Origin: an uncultured Acidobacteriota bacterium
Lineage (GTDB): Bacteria > Acidobacteriota > Vicinamibacteria > Fen-336
Direction: 5' to 3'
Length of the DNA stretch: 64,000 nt
NCBI GenBank assembly: GCA_963732935.1
Contig: CAVTBK010000005.1
Location: 528,736 to 592,735 of the forward strand
Positions within the stretch are counted from its first letter, which is position 1. The number at the start of each line of letters is the position of its first letter. Of this stretch, positions 28,311 to 37,633 are shown piece after piece. The notes below the pieces were generated by a model that had not been told where the DNA came from, did not search any database, and was given only the letters and a program-made list of their open reading frames with translations. The position numbers and the translations under genes are program-made.

Positions 28311-29150
28311 CTACAGGAACCCGAAGGGACGTCCGCCCAGGACCGGCACCTCGATCGGCAGCTTGAAGAGGCGGATGGCGTTCTCGCACATCATGAGCCG
28401 CCGGTCCCGCGGCGGCAGTCGCAGCTCCTCCATGAAGTCGAGGTAGGACTCCATGGAGGCGATCGGCCAGTCCGTTCCGTAGAGGCACCTCTCCGGCTGC
28501 ACGCCGTAGAGCAGCATCTCCTGGACCTGCTTCCGCATGTAGATCTCGAAACGGTCCTCGAAGTCGCCCAGCACCAGGCCCGAGAAGTCGGTCGACACGT
28601 TGGCGTTCTTGTAGAGGACCTCCATGGTGTCGCGGATCCAGGGGTTCCCGATGTGGCAGATGACGAACTCCACCTCCGGATAGTCCACTGCCAGCTCGTC
28701 GACGTGGAGCGGATGCGAGTACTTGAGCTTCCCCTTGGGAGAGTAGGTGTCGCCCGAATGGATCATCACCGGCAGCCGATGCTCCCGCGCGAAGGCCATG
28801 GCGGGCGCGAGCTTCGGATCGGTCGGGTAGAAGGGCTCGTAGCCCGGATAGATCTTGATGCCCTTCACCCTGCCCTCCGCCACCCAGGGCCGGATCTCCT
28901 CCAGGTCCTGCTCGCGGAACTCCTCCCAGCCGAGGCCCGCGACCACGTAGAGATTGGGGTACGGGCGGGTCGCCTCCACCACCGCCCGGGTCGAGGGCCT
29001 CCCGGGTGTCACCCGGAAGGAGCTCAGTACCAACGCGGCGTCCACGCGGTTGCGGCGCATGTCCCGGAGCAGCCGCTCCAGGCACCCGGCCAGATCCTCG
29101 ACGCCTTCGTCCCGGTAGTTGTTGAGGTGGGTGTGGCAGTCGATGATCAC
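28311..29150 (-). CDS. Amidohydrolase-2 family TIM-barrel metal-dependent hydrolase (lactonase-like)
   Basis: VIIDCHTHLNNY...IKIYPGYEPFYPTD...HSGDT. The GTG start at 29148-29150 overlaps the upstream gene's stop (GTGA). Confidence 0.7.
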   Translation of the reverse strand: MIIDCHTHLNNYRDEGVEDLAGCLERLLRDMRRNRVDAALVLSSFRVTPGRPSTRAVVEATRPYPNLYVVAGLGWEEFREQDLEEIRPWVAEGRVKGIKIYPGYEPFYPTDPKLAPAMAFAREHRLPVMIHSGDTYSPKGKLKYSHPLHVDELAVDYPEVEFVICHIGNPWIRDTMEVLYKNANVSTDFSGLVLGDFEDRFEIYMRKQVQEMLLYGVQPERCLYGTDWPIASMESYLDFMEELRLPPRDRRLMMCENAIRLFKLPIEVPVLGGRPFGFL

Positions 29151-29833
29151 GCCTTGCCGCCTCGACCTGCTTTCTTGAAGAAGCCGTCCAGGATCCGGGC
29201 CGCCCACTCCCGCCCCCCCAGGCCGAAGGCGAGCGCCAGCGCGAGGCACAGGGCTCCGAAGGCGATCTGGAACGCCGAGACCAGGATCTGCCCGCCGATC
29301 GAGAGCTGCTCCAGGCTCACCGCGATCACGAACACGACCACGGCCACGTGCGCCACCGTCGAGATGGCGCGGGCGCCCGTCACCCCGAGGTTGACCAGAT
29401 ACGCGTGGGTGAGTGCGCCCACCAGCTGACCCAGCAGCACGCCCAGGATCAGCACCACCACGGCGGCGATCAGGTTGGGGACCTGGAGCGCGAGCCGGGT
29501 CACGATCCGGCCCGCCGTCTCGATCCCCAGCACGGTCAAGGCGGCGAGGATCACGGTCAGGTTGACGGCCCAGTAGACGAGCCCGCCGACCAGGCTGACC
29601 GTCGTCGCGCGCACGCCGCCCTGGACGAGAAAGTCCTCTATGCCTGCCTTCTCGGCCGCGACGTCCGCCTTCACCAGCCGCAGGCCTCGCACCACCAGGC
29701 GGCGCACGAGGCGCGCCAGCGCCCAGCCGACGGCGACGATCACCAGGGCCAGCAGGAGCCGGGGCAGGAAACCGGCAAGCTGCTGCCAGAAACCACGCAG
29801 CACGTCGAGCAGGCGCGTCAGCTGGTCGGCCAT
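29147..29833 (-). CDS. Conserved TM-helix repeat membrane protein (mechanosensitive-channel-associated type)
   Basis: MADQLTRLLDVLRGFWQQLAGFLPRLLLALVIVAVGWALARLV.... It is a paralog of 44484-45158. ATG at 29831-29833. Confidence 0.6.
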   Translation of the reverse strand: MADQLTRLLDVLRGFWQQLAGFLPRLLLALVIVAVGWALARLVRRLVVRGLRLVKADVAAEKAGIEDFLVQGGVRATTVSLVGGLVYWAVNLTVILAALTVLGIETAGRIVTRLALQVPNLIAAVVVLILGVLLGQLVGALTHAYLVNLGVTGARAISTVAHVAVVVFVIAVSLEQLSIGGQILVSAFQIAFGALCLALALAFGLGGREWAARILDGFFKKAGRGGKA

Positions 29834-29959
29834 GGTCAGGGGCCCGGTCGGCGCGTGTGCCGCCCCGCGCGACGAGCGCCCCATTCTACCGCCGTCCCTC
29901 CCCACGGAGGCTAGAATCCGAGGGCGTCCGCGGTCGGTCCGCGCGAGCGAGGAGGCGCA

Positions 29960-31531
29960 ATGGCGAAGCTCAATCTCAAGGACTTCGAGCGGCGGATCCG
30001 GGTCCGCCGCCTCACGATCGAGGACTACGATGCGATCGTGGAGCTGCAGCGCCGCAGCTTCCCCGGCATGAAGCCGTGGCTCCGCGAGCAGACCGAGAGC
30101 CAGATCCGCACCTTCCCGGAGGGACAGGTCGGCATCGAGTACCAGGGGCGGCTGGTCGCCTCCTCCAGCAGCCTGATCGTGGACTTCTCGCAATACTCCG
30201 AGTGGCACAACTGGAAGGAGATCGCGGACAGCGGATTCATCCGCAACCACGACCCCGCGGGCGACACGCTCTACGGCATCGAGATCATGGTGCACCCGCG
30301 CTTCCGCGGCCTGAAGCTCTCGCGCCGACTCTACGAGGAGCGCAAGCGCATCGCACGCGAGCGGAACCTCGCCCGCATCATCATCGGAGGCAGGATCCCC
30401 GGCTACGGTAAGCATGCCGGGAAGCTCTCGGCCCGCGAGTACGTCGAGCGAGTGATGGACAAGACGCTGGTGGACCCCGTGCTCACGGCCCAGATCTCCA
30501 ACGGGTTCGTTCTGAAGCAGCTGATCCCGGGCTACTTCCCGAGCGACAGCGAGTCGCGCGGCTACGCCACCCACCTCGAGTGGCCGAACCTCGACCACGT
30601 CCCCCAGGCGAAGCACGCCGGCCGGCCGCCCTCGACGGTCCGCATCTGTGTGGTCCAGTACGAGCTGCGGCGGGTGGGGAGCTTCGGCGACTTCGAGCGG
30701 CAGTGCGACTACTTCACGGACGTCGCCTCCGACTACAAGGCCGACTTCGTCCTCTTCCCGGAGCTTCTGACGGCCCAGCTGCTGTCGCTGGTGCGGGCGC
30801 CCCGCCCCGGCCTGGCCGCCCGCAAGATCGCCGAGTTCACCAAACGCTACCTGGAGCTCTTCACCGGGCTCGCCATCCGCTACAACGTCAACGTCATCGG
30901 CGGCTCCCACTTCACGGATGAGGGCGGCAAGCTCCACAACGTCTCCTACCTCTTCCGGCGGGACGGCACCCTCGGCAAGCAGTACAAGATGCACATCACC
31001 CCCAACGAGCGGCGCTGGTGGGGAGTCGCGCCCGGGGAGACCCTCGACGTCTTCGACACCGACCGGGGCAAGATCGCGATCCTGATCGACTACGACGTGG
31101 AGTTCCCGGAGCTCGCGCGGATCGCCGCCGACAAGGGCGCCCAGATCCTGTTCGTCCCCTTCGACACGGACAGCCGTTACGGCTACATGCGGGTGCGCAC
31201 CTGCGCCCAGGCGCGCTGCGTGGAGAACCACGTCTACGCCGCCATCGCGGGCTGCGTGGGTACCCTGCCCCTGGTCGAGAACGCCGACATCCACTACGCC
31301 CAGTCCGGCATCTACACCCCGTCCGACCTGCAGTTCAGCCGCGACCTGGTGGCCGCCGAATGCTCGCCGAACGTCGAGACGGTAATCGTCCACGAGGTCG
31401 ACCTGGAGCTGCTGCGCCGCCACCGCCTGGTCGGCACGGTACAGAACTGGAACGACCGCCGAACCGACTACTACTCGCTGCGCTACGCCGACGGGCGCGA
31501 GCAGCGGACCGTGGGCGTGCGCGAGGGCTGA
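29960..31531 (+). CDS. Bifunctional GNAT N-acetyltransferase / carbon-nitrogen hydrolase (nitrilase superfamily) fusion
   Basis: The N-terminal GNAT half has [20 protein letters not shown]. The C-terminal half reads VQYELR...FPELL...KMHITPNE...[11 protein letters not shown]...[12 protein letters not shown], with the conserved E-K-C nitrilase-type motifs. Confidence 0.8.
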   Translation: MAKLNLKDFERRIRVRRLTIEDYDAIVELQRRSFPGMKPWLREQTESQIRTFPEGQVGIEYQGRLVASSSSLIVDFSQYSEWHNWKEIADSGFIRNHDPAGDTLYGIEIMVHPRFRGLKLSRRLYEERKRIARERNLARIIIGGRIPGYGKHAGKLSAREYVERVMDKTLVDPVLTAQISNGFVLKQLIPGYFPSDSESRGYATHLEWPNLDHVPQAKHAGRPPSTVRICVVQYELRRVGSFGDFERQCDYFTDVASDYKADFVLFPELLTAQLLSLVRAPRPGLAARKIAEFTKRYLELFTGLAIRYNVNVIGGSHFTDEGGKLHNVSYLFRRDGTLGKQYKMHITPNERRWWGVAPGETLDVFDTDRGKIAILIDYDVEFPELARIAADKGAQILFVPFDTDSRYGYMRVRTCAQARCVENHVYAAIAGCVGTLPLVENADIHYAQSGIYTPSDLQFSRDLVAAECSPNVETVIVHEVDLELLRRHRLVGTVQNWNDRRTDYYSLRYADGREQRTVGVREG

Positions 31532-31561
31532 GGTGGGCCGGAGCCGGCGTAGAATCGGCTG

Positions 31562-32944
31562 GTGGCCCGCGCCACCGTGCTGGTCGTCGACGACGAGGAC
31601 CTGATCCGCTGGTCGCTGGGCGAGCGACTGGAGCGCGAGGGGTGCGCGGTGCTACCCGCAGGCAGCATCGCCGAGGCGCGCGCGCGCCATGAGGAAGGCG
31701 TGGACCTCGTCCTCCTGGACCGCCGGCTCCCCGACGGGGACGGTCTCGAGCTGCTCGCCGAGCTGCGAAGAGACGACCCCGACCTGCCGGTCGTGTTGAT
31801 GACCGCGTTCTCGACCGTCAAGGGAGCGGTGGCGGCCATGAAGGGCGGCGCCTTCCACTACGTCGCCAAGCCCTTCGACCTCGACGAGGTCGCTCTGGTG
31901 GTGGAGCAGGCCCTGGAGACGACGCGCCTGCGCCGGGAGCTGCGGCATCTGCGCGCGCGCCACGGCGGCTCCCCGATCGCGTCACTGATCGGCGAGTCGC
32001 CGGTGATGCTGGCGGTCAAGGAGAAGCTGCGCAAGATCGCGGCCAGCCCGGCCTCCACGGTGCTGCTGACCGGCGAGAGCGGCACCGGCAAGGACCTCGC
32101 CGCTCGGGCGATCCACCACACGAGCGAGCGGGCGCCCCGCCCCTTCATGGTCGTCACCTGCTCGGCGGTGCCCGAGTCCCTCCTGGAGAGCGAGTTCTTC
32201 GGGCACGAGCGGGGCGCGTTCACGGACGCGCGCCAGCAGCGCAAGGGCCTGCTCGAGCTGGCAGAGGGTGGCACCGTCTATCTCGACGAGGTCGGCGAGA
32301 TGACCTCGGCGCTGCAGGCGAAGCTGCTGCGCTTCCTCGAGGAGAAGACCTTCAAGCGCGTGGGTGGCGCGCGCGACGTGACGGTCGACGTCCGGGTGGT
32401 GGCAGCCACCAACCGGGAGCTGGCGACCGAGGTGCGCGAGGGCCGGTTCCGCGAGGACCTCTACTACCGCCTCAACGTGGTGCCGGTCCAGCTGCCGCCG
32501 CTGCGCGCCAGGCCGGGCGACGTGCGGCTGCTGGCCGACCACTTCCTGGCCACCTTCAACCGGGAGCTGCGCAAGCAGGTGCAGGGGCTGACGCCCGGGG
32601 CGATCGCTCTCCTGGAGGCCCATGGCTGGCCGGGAAACGTCCGCGAGCTGCGCAACGTCCTCGAGCGCGCGATCCTGCTGAGCGAGGGTTCGCTCCTCGG
32701 TGAGGCCGACGTCTCGCCTTTGGGCCGTGAGCGCGGCCGAGCCGCCGCCGACCTGCGCCTGCCCGCCGAGGGAGTCGACTTCGGCGAGCTCGAGCGCGAC
32801 TTCGTGCAGGAAGCCCTGCAGCGCACCGGCGGCAGCCCCACTCGCGCCGCGGCTCTCCTCGGCATGAGCCGGGACCAGATCCGTTACCGCATCGAGAAGT
32901 TCGGCCTGGCCGCGGGGGAACCCGAGCCGGAGTCGGGGTCCTGA
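31562..32944 (+). CDS. Sigma-54-dependent response regulator (NtrC family)
   Basis: REC domain ([12 protein letters not shown]...[14 protein letters not shown]), AAA+ sigma-54 activator domain ([21 protein letters not shown]), and a C-terminal HTH. Confidence 0.85.
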   Translation: MARATVLVVDDEDLIRWSLGERLEREGCAVLPAGSIAEARARHEEGVDLVLLDRRLPDGDGLELLAELRRDDPDLPVVLMTAFSTVKGAVAAMKGGAFHYVAKPFDLDEVALVVEQALETTRLRRELRHLRARHGGSPIASLIGESPVMLAVKEKLRKIAASPASTVLLTGESGTGKDLAARAIHHTSERAPRPFMVVTCSAVPESLLESEFFGHERGAFTDARQQRKGLLELAEGGTVYLDEVGEMTSALQAKLLRFLEEKTFKRVGGARDVTVDVRVVAATNRELATEVREGRFREDLYYRLNVVPVQLPPLRARPGDVRLLADHFLATFNRELRKQVQGLTPGAIALLEAHGWPGNVRELRNVLERAILLSEGSLLGEADVSPLGRERGRAAADLRLPAEGVDFGELERDFVQEALQRTGGSPTRAAALLGMSRDQIRYRIEKFGLAAGEPEPESGS

Positions 32945-32948
32945 GACG

Positions 32949-34244
32949 GTGACCGGGCGGCCCGTGCGGGCGCTGCTCGCGGCTGCGCTCGCGCTCGCCG
33001 GCTGCACGCGTCCATCGCCGGACCAGGATGGCGCGAAACGCGTCTCGCTGATCGTTCCCGCGAGCGAGACGCGTTTCTGGCGCCCGATCGTGCGCTCCTT
33101 CGAGGCCGCTCACCGGGGCGTCCAGGTCGACGTGGTCGAGGGACCGAACTCGACGGACCTGCGCGAGAACCTCTACACGACGGCGCTGCTGGCCGGCGAC
33201 GACTCGCTCGACGTCGTGTACATGGACGTGACCTGGACGGCGAAGCTGGCCGCGGCCGGCTGGCTGCTGCCCCTGGAGGCACGGGTGCCGGCGGGCGAGA
33301 CGGCGGCCTTCCTGCCGGCGGCGATCGAGGCGGGCCGCTACCGAGGCCACCTCTACCGGCTGCCGACCCGGATCGACGTGGGCCTCCTCTACTACCGCCG
33401 CGACCTGCTCGAGAGCGCGGGGCTCCCGGCGCCGCGCCGCTTCGAAGATCTCCTGCGCGCGGCGAAGCTCCTCGAGCGACCGCCGCAGCTCTGGGGATTC
33501 GTGTGGCAGGGCAGTCAGTACGAGGGCCTCGTCTGCGTCTTCCTCGAGGTGCTCCACGGCTTCGGGGGCTTCTGGATCGCGCCCGAGACGCTCGATGTGG
33601 GACTCGACCACGAACCGGCGCTCGCGGCCCTGCGCTTCCTGTGCCGCCTGCGCACGAGCGGCCTCAGCCCGCCTGGCGTCACCACCTACACCGAGGAGGA
33701 GAGCCGCCGCCTCTTCCAGGCCGGGCGCGCCGTCTTCCTCCGCAACTGGGCGTACGTCTTCCGCATCAGCCAGCGGCAGGGATCCCCCGTCGCCGGGAAG
33801 GTCGGAGTGGAGCTGATGCCGCACGCACCCGGCCACGAGAGCGCGACGACCCTCGGGGGATGGGGACTCGGGGTCTCCCGCTTCACACGGCACCCGGCGC
33901 TGGCGGCGGCCTTCGTCGTCCATGCGGCGTCCCTCGAGAGCCAGAAGGCCCTCTGCCTCCCCACGGGCTTCGTGCCGTCCCGGCTGGCGGCCTACCGGGA
34001 CCCCGAGTGGCTCGCCGCCAACCCGGTCCTGGCCGAGATCGAGCGCTTCCAGTCGCACGCGGTCACCCGGCCCGTGATCGCGCAGTACGCCCGCGCTTCG
34101 GACATCCTGCAGCGGCGCCTGAGCGCGGCCCTCGCCGGCATCGAGACGCCCGAGCGCGCCCTCGAGACCGCCGACCGCGAGACGCGTCTGCTCCTGGCCG
34201 CGAGCACGGGAGAGGCGCCGCGCGGCGCGGGGGGCGACCGATGA
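32949..34244 (+). CDS. Sugar ABC transporter substrate-binding lipoprotein
   Basis: Lipobox LALAGC, in a family-1 SBP fold. It is the first gene of a four-gene ABC operon. Confidence 0.8.
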   Translation: MTGRPVRALLAAALALAGCTRPSPDQDGAKRVSLIVPASETRFWRPIVRSFEAAHRGVQVDVVEGPNSTDLRENLYTTALLAGDDSLDVVYMDVTWTAKLAAAGWLLPLEARVPAGETAAFLPAAIEAGRYRGHLYRLPTRIDVGLLYYRRDLLESAGLPAPRRFEDLLRAAKLLERPPQLWGFVWQGSQYEGLVCVFLEVLHGFGGFWIAPETLDVGLDHEPALAALRFLCRLRTSGLSPPGVTTYTEEESRRLFQAGRAVFLRNWAYVFRISQRQGSPVAGKVGVELMPHAPGHESATTLGGWGLGVSRFTRHPALAAAFVVHAASLESQKALCLPTGFVPSRLAAYRDPEWLAANPVLAEIERFQSHAVTRPVIAQYARASDILQRRLSAALAGIETPERALETADRETRLLLAASTGEAPRGAGGDR

Positions 34245-35122
34245 GCCCGCGGGCGGAGAACGAGCGCTGGCTCCTGGCCCTGCCGGCGCTCCTGCTGGTG
34301 GCCGTCGTGGTCGCGCTGCCGGTGCTGCGGGTGGTGGAGCTGAGCTTCACCCGGGTCGCCCTCGCGCAGGGCTTCGAGGAGCACTTCGTCGGGCTCGGCC
34401 AGTACCTGCGGCTGTGGCGGGACGGCCGTTGGTGGACGGCCCTGCGCAACACGGCCGTCTTCACCTCCGCCTCGGTGCTGCTCGAGACCGTGCTCGGCGT
34501 CGCCGCCGCCCTGGTGCTGCACCGTCGCCTGCGCGGCCGCGGCCTGCTGCGCGCGATCGTCATGGTCCCGTGGGCCCTTCCGACCGCGGTGATGGCGCTC
34601 GCCTGGGCCTGGATCTTCAACGACACCTTCGGGGTCGCCAACGACCTGCTGCGTCGCGCGGGGCTGCTCGCGGGGCCGGTCGCCTGGCTCGGCGAGCCGG
34701 CCACGGCCATGGCCGCCATGGTGATCGCCGACGTCTGGAAGACCACCCCCTTCGTGGCCCTGATCGTGCTGGCCGGGCTGCAGGGCATCCCCGAGCAGGT
34801 GATCGAGGCAGCTCGGGTCGACGGCCTCTCCGGCTGGCAGCGCTTCCGGCACGTGGTGCTGCCGCTGCTCGTCCCCTCGATCGCGGTGGCGGTCGCCTTC
34901 CGGGCCGTGCAGTCCTACGGCGCCTTCGACATCGTCTACGTGATGACCGGCGGCGGACCGGGCGGCTCGACCGAGACGGTCTCCCTCTACGCCTTCCAGA
35001 CCTTCTTCCGCTACCTGGACTTCGGCTACGGCGCCGCGATCGCCACCCAGGGGGTGCTGCTCGCCGGCGCGCTCGCCCTGCTCCTCGCGCGGTTGGCCCG
35101 ATCCAGGGGGGAGGCACGATGA
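34243..35122 (+). CDS. Sugar ABC transporter permease (MalF/UgpA-like)
   Basis: Six-TM fold with the EAA-like motif region ...IEAARVDGLSGWQRFRHVVLP. Confidence 0.8.
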
Positions 35123-35958
35123 ACGTCCGCCGAGCGGCGGAGCGCGGCGGCCTGGGCTTGGCCGTCCTGCTGCTGGTCGCCTGGAGCCTGGCCCCCGCGC
35201 TCTGGCAGGTCCTGACGGCGCTCGAGACGGACGCGCAGATCACGCGGGTCCCCATCAGCTACTGGCCCGATCCGGTCACCTTCGCCCACGTGAGTGAGCT
35301 GTGGCAGCGCAAGCCCTTCGGCGCCTACCTCCGGAACAGCACGCTCGTGGCCGGCAGCGCGACGGCCATCGCCGTCCTGCTGGGCGCGCTCGCCGCGGCC
35401 GCGCTGGTGCGCATGCCGGGCCGAGGCGGCCGCCGGGTCCTGCTGGCCCTCCTCGTGGTCTCGGTCTTCCCGCCGATCCTGCTGCTCTTCCCCCTTTACG
35501 AGGGGGTGCGGGCGCTCGGCTGGCTCAACCAGCCGATCGCCCTCATCGTCCCCTACGCGGCCCTCAGCCTCCCGCTCGCGGTGTGGATCCTGGAGAGCGG
35601 CTTCCGCCAGATCCCGCGCGAGATGGACGAGGCGGCCCTCCTCGACGGCCTGGGCCCCCTGGCGCGCATCCTGCGCATCCACCTCCCGCTCGCCGTGCCC
35701 TCGCTGGTCACCGCCTTCATCCTGGGCTTCATCTTCTCCTGGAACGAGTTCATGCTCGCCCTCTCCTTCATGACCCGGGACCAGGCGAAGACCGTCACCG
35801 CCGGCATCGCGAGCGTGAGCGGCGCTTCGATGTACGAGATCCCCTGGGGCCAGCTCTCGGCCGCCATCGTGATCGCCACCGCGCCGCTCGTGCTGCTGGT
35901 GCTCTTGTTCGAGCGGCGCATCGCGGGCGGGCTGACCCGCGGCGCCCTCAAGGGATGA
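35119..35958 (+). CDS. Sugar ABC transporter permease (MalG/UgpE-like)
   Basis: ...MDEAALLDGLGPLARILRIHLPLA.... Its ATG overlaps the previous gene's stop. Confidence 0.8.
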   Translation: MNVRRAAERGGLGLAVLLLVAWSLAPALWQVLTALETDAQITRVPISYWPDPVTFAHVSELWQRKPFGAYLRNSTLVAGSATAIAVLLGALAAAALVRMPGRGGRRVLLALLVVSVFPPILLLFPLYEGVRALGWLNQPIALIVPYAALSLPLAVWILESGFRQIPREMDEAALLDGLGPLARILRIHLPLAVPSLVTAFILGFIFSWNEFMLALSFMTRDQAKTVTAGIASVSGASMYEIPWGQLSAAIVIATAPLVLLVLLFERRIAGGLTRGALKG

Positions 35959-35964
35959 CAGCTG

Positions 35965-37053
35965 ATGGGTGAGCTACGGGCCGAGGGCATCGGCAAGGTC
36001 TTCCCGGACGGAACGCGGGCGCTCGATCACGTCTCCTTCCAGGCGCGCACCGGGCGGGTGCTGACGCTGCTCGGCCCCTCCGGCTGCGGCAAGTCCACCC
36101 TCCTCCGCATCGTCGCCGGGCTCGAGACGCCCAGCGAGGGAACCCTGAGCCTCGACGGGAGCCGCCTCGACACGCTGCCGCCGGGGAAGAGGGACGTGGG
36201 CTTCGTGTTCCAGAACTACGCGCTCTACCCGCATCTGAGCGTCGCCCGGAACATGTCCCTTGCCCTGCAGGTGAGACGGCTGCCGCGCCGGGAGATCGAC
36301 GCCCGGGTGCACGAGACCGCGCGCCTGCTCGGTATCGAGCCACTGCTCGGCAAGCGGCCCGGCCAGCTCTCCGGGGGACAGCAGCAGCGCGTGGCCCTCG
36401 GCCGCGCCCTGGTCCGGCGGCCGGGCCTCTATCTGCTCGACGAGCCGCTCTCCAACCTCGACGCCTCGCTGCGCGAGACGACCCGCAGCGAGCTGAAGGC
36501 CCTGTTCGCCCGCGTCCAGTCGATCGTGCTCTACGTGACGCACGACCAGTCGGAGGCGATGAGCCTCTCGGACGAGGTGGCGGTCCTGCGGGCGGGCGCC
36601 ATCCGCCAGCTCGCCCCGCCGCTCGATCTCTACGCCCGGCCCGCCGACCTCTTCGTGGCCACCTTCGTGGGCAGCCCGCGCATGACGGTCTGGAGGGGCC
36701 GGCGCGAGGGGGAGCGGTTCCGGGTCGCGCCCGAGCAGGAAGGCGGCACGGGAGAGGTGTATCTGCCCCTGCCCCCGCGACTGCCGGGCAGCTCCGAGAC
36801 GCTCGTCGCCGGCATCCGCCCCGAGGACGTGGAGGTCGCTCTCGAACCGCTCGAGGGCGGCTGGGAAGCGCGGCGTGAGCTGGCCGAGCCGTTGGGCGCG
36901 CACGTCCTGCTCACGCTCGAGACGCGCGGGTACCGCCTGCGCGCGCTGGCGGCGGCGCGAGAGTGGCCCGAGCGGCTCTTCCTGCGCTGGCCGGCGGCGC
37001 GCACGCACTGGTTCGACGCCGTCAGCGAGCGGCGACTGGAGCCCGAGGCGTGA
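35965..37053 (+). CDS. ABC transporter ATP-binding protein (MalK/UgpC-like)
   Basis: GPSGCGKSTLLR (Walker A), LSGGQQQRVALGRAL (signature), LLDEPLSNLD (Walker B), and a C-terminal TOBE-like region. Confidence 0.85.
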   Translation: MGELRAEGIGKVFPDGTRALDHVSFQARTGRVLTLLGPSGCGKSTLLRIVAGLETPSEGTLSLDGSRLDTLPPGKRDVGFVFQNYALYPHLSVARNMSLALQVRRLPRREIDARVHETARLLGIEPLLGKRPGQLSGGQQQRVALGRALVRRPGLYLLDEPLSNLDASLRETTRSELKALFARVQSIVLYVTHDQSEAMSLSDEVAVLRAGAIRQLAPPLDLYARPADLFVATFVGSPRMTVWRGRREGERFRVAPEQEGGTGEVYLPLPPRLPGSSETLVAGIRPEDVEVALEPLEGGWEARRELAEPLGAHVLLTLETRGYRLRALAAAREWPERLFLRWPAARTHWFDAVSERRLEPEA

Positions 37054-37079
37054 GCGGCGCTGCTACCCCAATCCCCGCC

Positions 37080-37379
37080 TCAGCGCTCGGGGCCCCGCAG
37101 GAAGAAGCGCGGCGACGGCGACGCCTCCTTGTCTCCCGCCTGCTCGTCCGACGCGTCGAGCACCACCCCGTCCAGGCGGTCGGACATCGAGGCGTCGACG
37201 ATCAGCAACGGCCGCTGCTCGCTCTCCACGACGTCGTCGCCCTCCTTTGGTCGGCCGATCACCATGGCCAGGCCGCCGGACTCCCCCGGTACCAGCTTCA
37301 CGGCGCGGTCGTTCGGGGTCCCGTTCGTGGCGAGGATCTCCTTCAATCCCGTGGTGGCTCGTTCGGTCAGACGGATCAT
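37080..37379 (-). CDS. HesB/IscA-fold-like small protein lacking the cysteines
   Basis: MIRLTERATTGLKEIL...GLAMVIG...LLIVDASMSDRLDGVVLD resembles the Fe-S insertion-protein fold pattern, but no Cys is present. Confidence 0.4.
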   Translation of the reverse strand: MIRLTERATTGLKEILATNGTPNDRAVKLVPGESGGLAMVIGRPKEGDDVVESEQRPLLIVDASMSDRLDGVVLDASDEQAGDKEASPSPRFFLRGPER

Positions 37380-37520
37380 CTCCACCTCCTCTTCGGCGAA
37401 GGCCCGCTCGCTGCCATGCGGAGCGGGAGAAGCGCATCGCACCAGGGCAGGGATGCCCCCGGGAAGGGACTCCTCGATGCGTCACGACGCGCGGGTTCTT
37501 TCCCCTGAAGCTAAGCCTCG

Positions 37521-37554
37521 ATCGAGCCCTGTCAACCCGAAATCGAGCCCTGTC
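37521..37554 (+). promoter_or_regulatory. Direct repeat ATCGAGCCCTGTC x2 (21-bp period) upstream of the treY operon
   Basis: Copies at 37521-37533 and 37542-37554. A TAGAAT -10-like element lies at 37583-37588, and the treY ATG at 37634 has SD GGAGG. Confidence 0.3.
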
Positions 37555-37633
37555 GAAGCCAAAATCGCGCGTCCATCCCGGCTAGAATCGGCTTCGAGAC
37601 CGTCTGAGCCTGCTGTCCCTGGAGGGAGGTGCA

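Noticed and set aside
29834-31423. Upstream 530 codons of the 758-aa minus-strand ORF (29147-31423)
   Set aside because: It is antisense to the well-supported GNAT-nitrilase gene and has Arg/Gly/Pro-rich composition typical of high-GC shadow ORFs. Only the 3' 228 codons, the TM-helix protein, are real.
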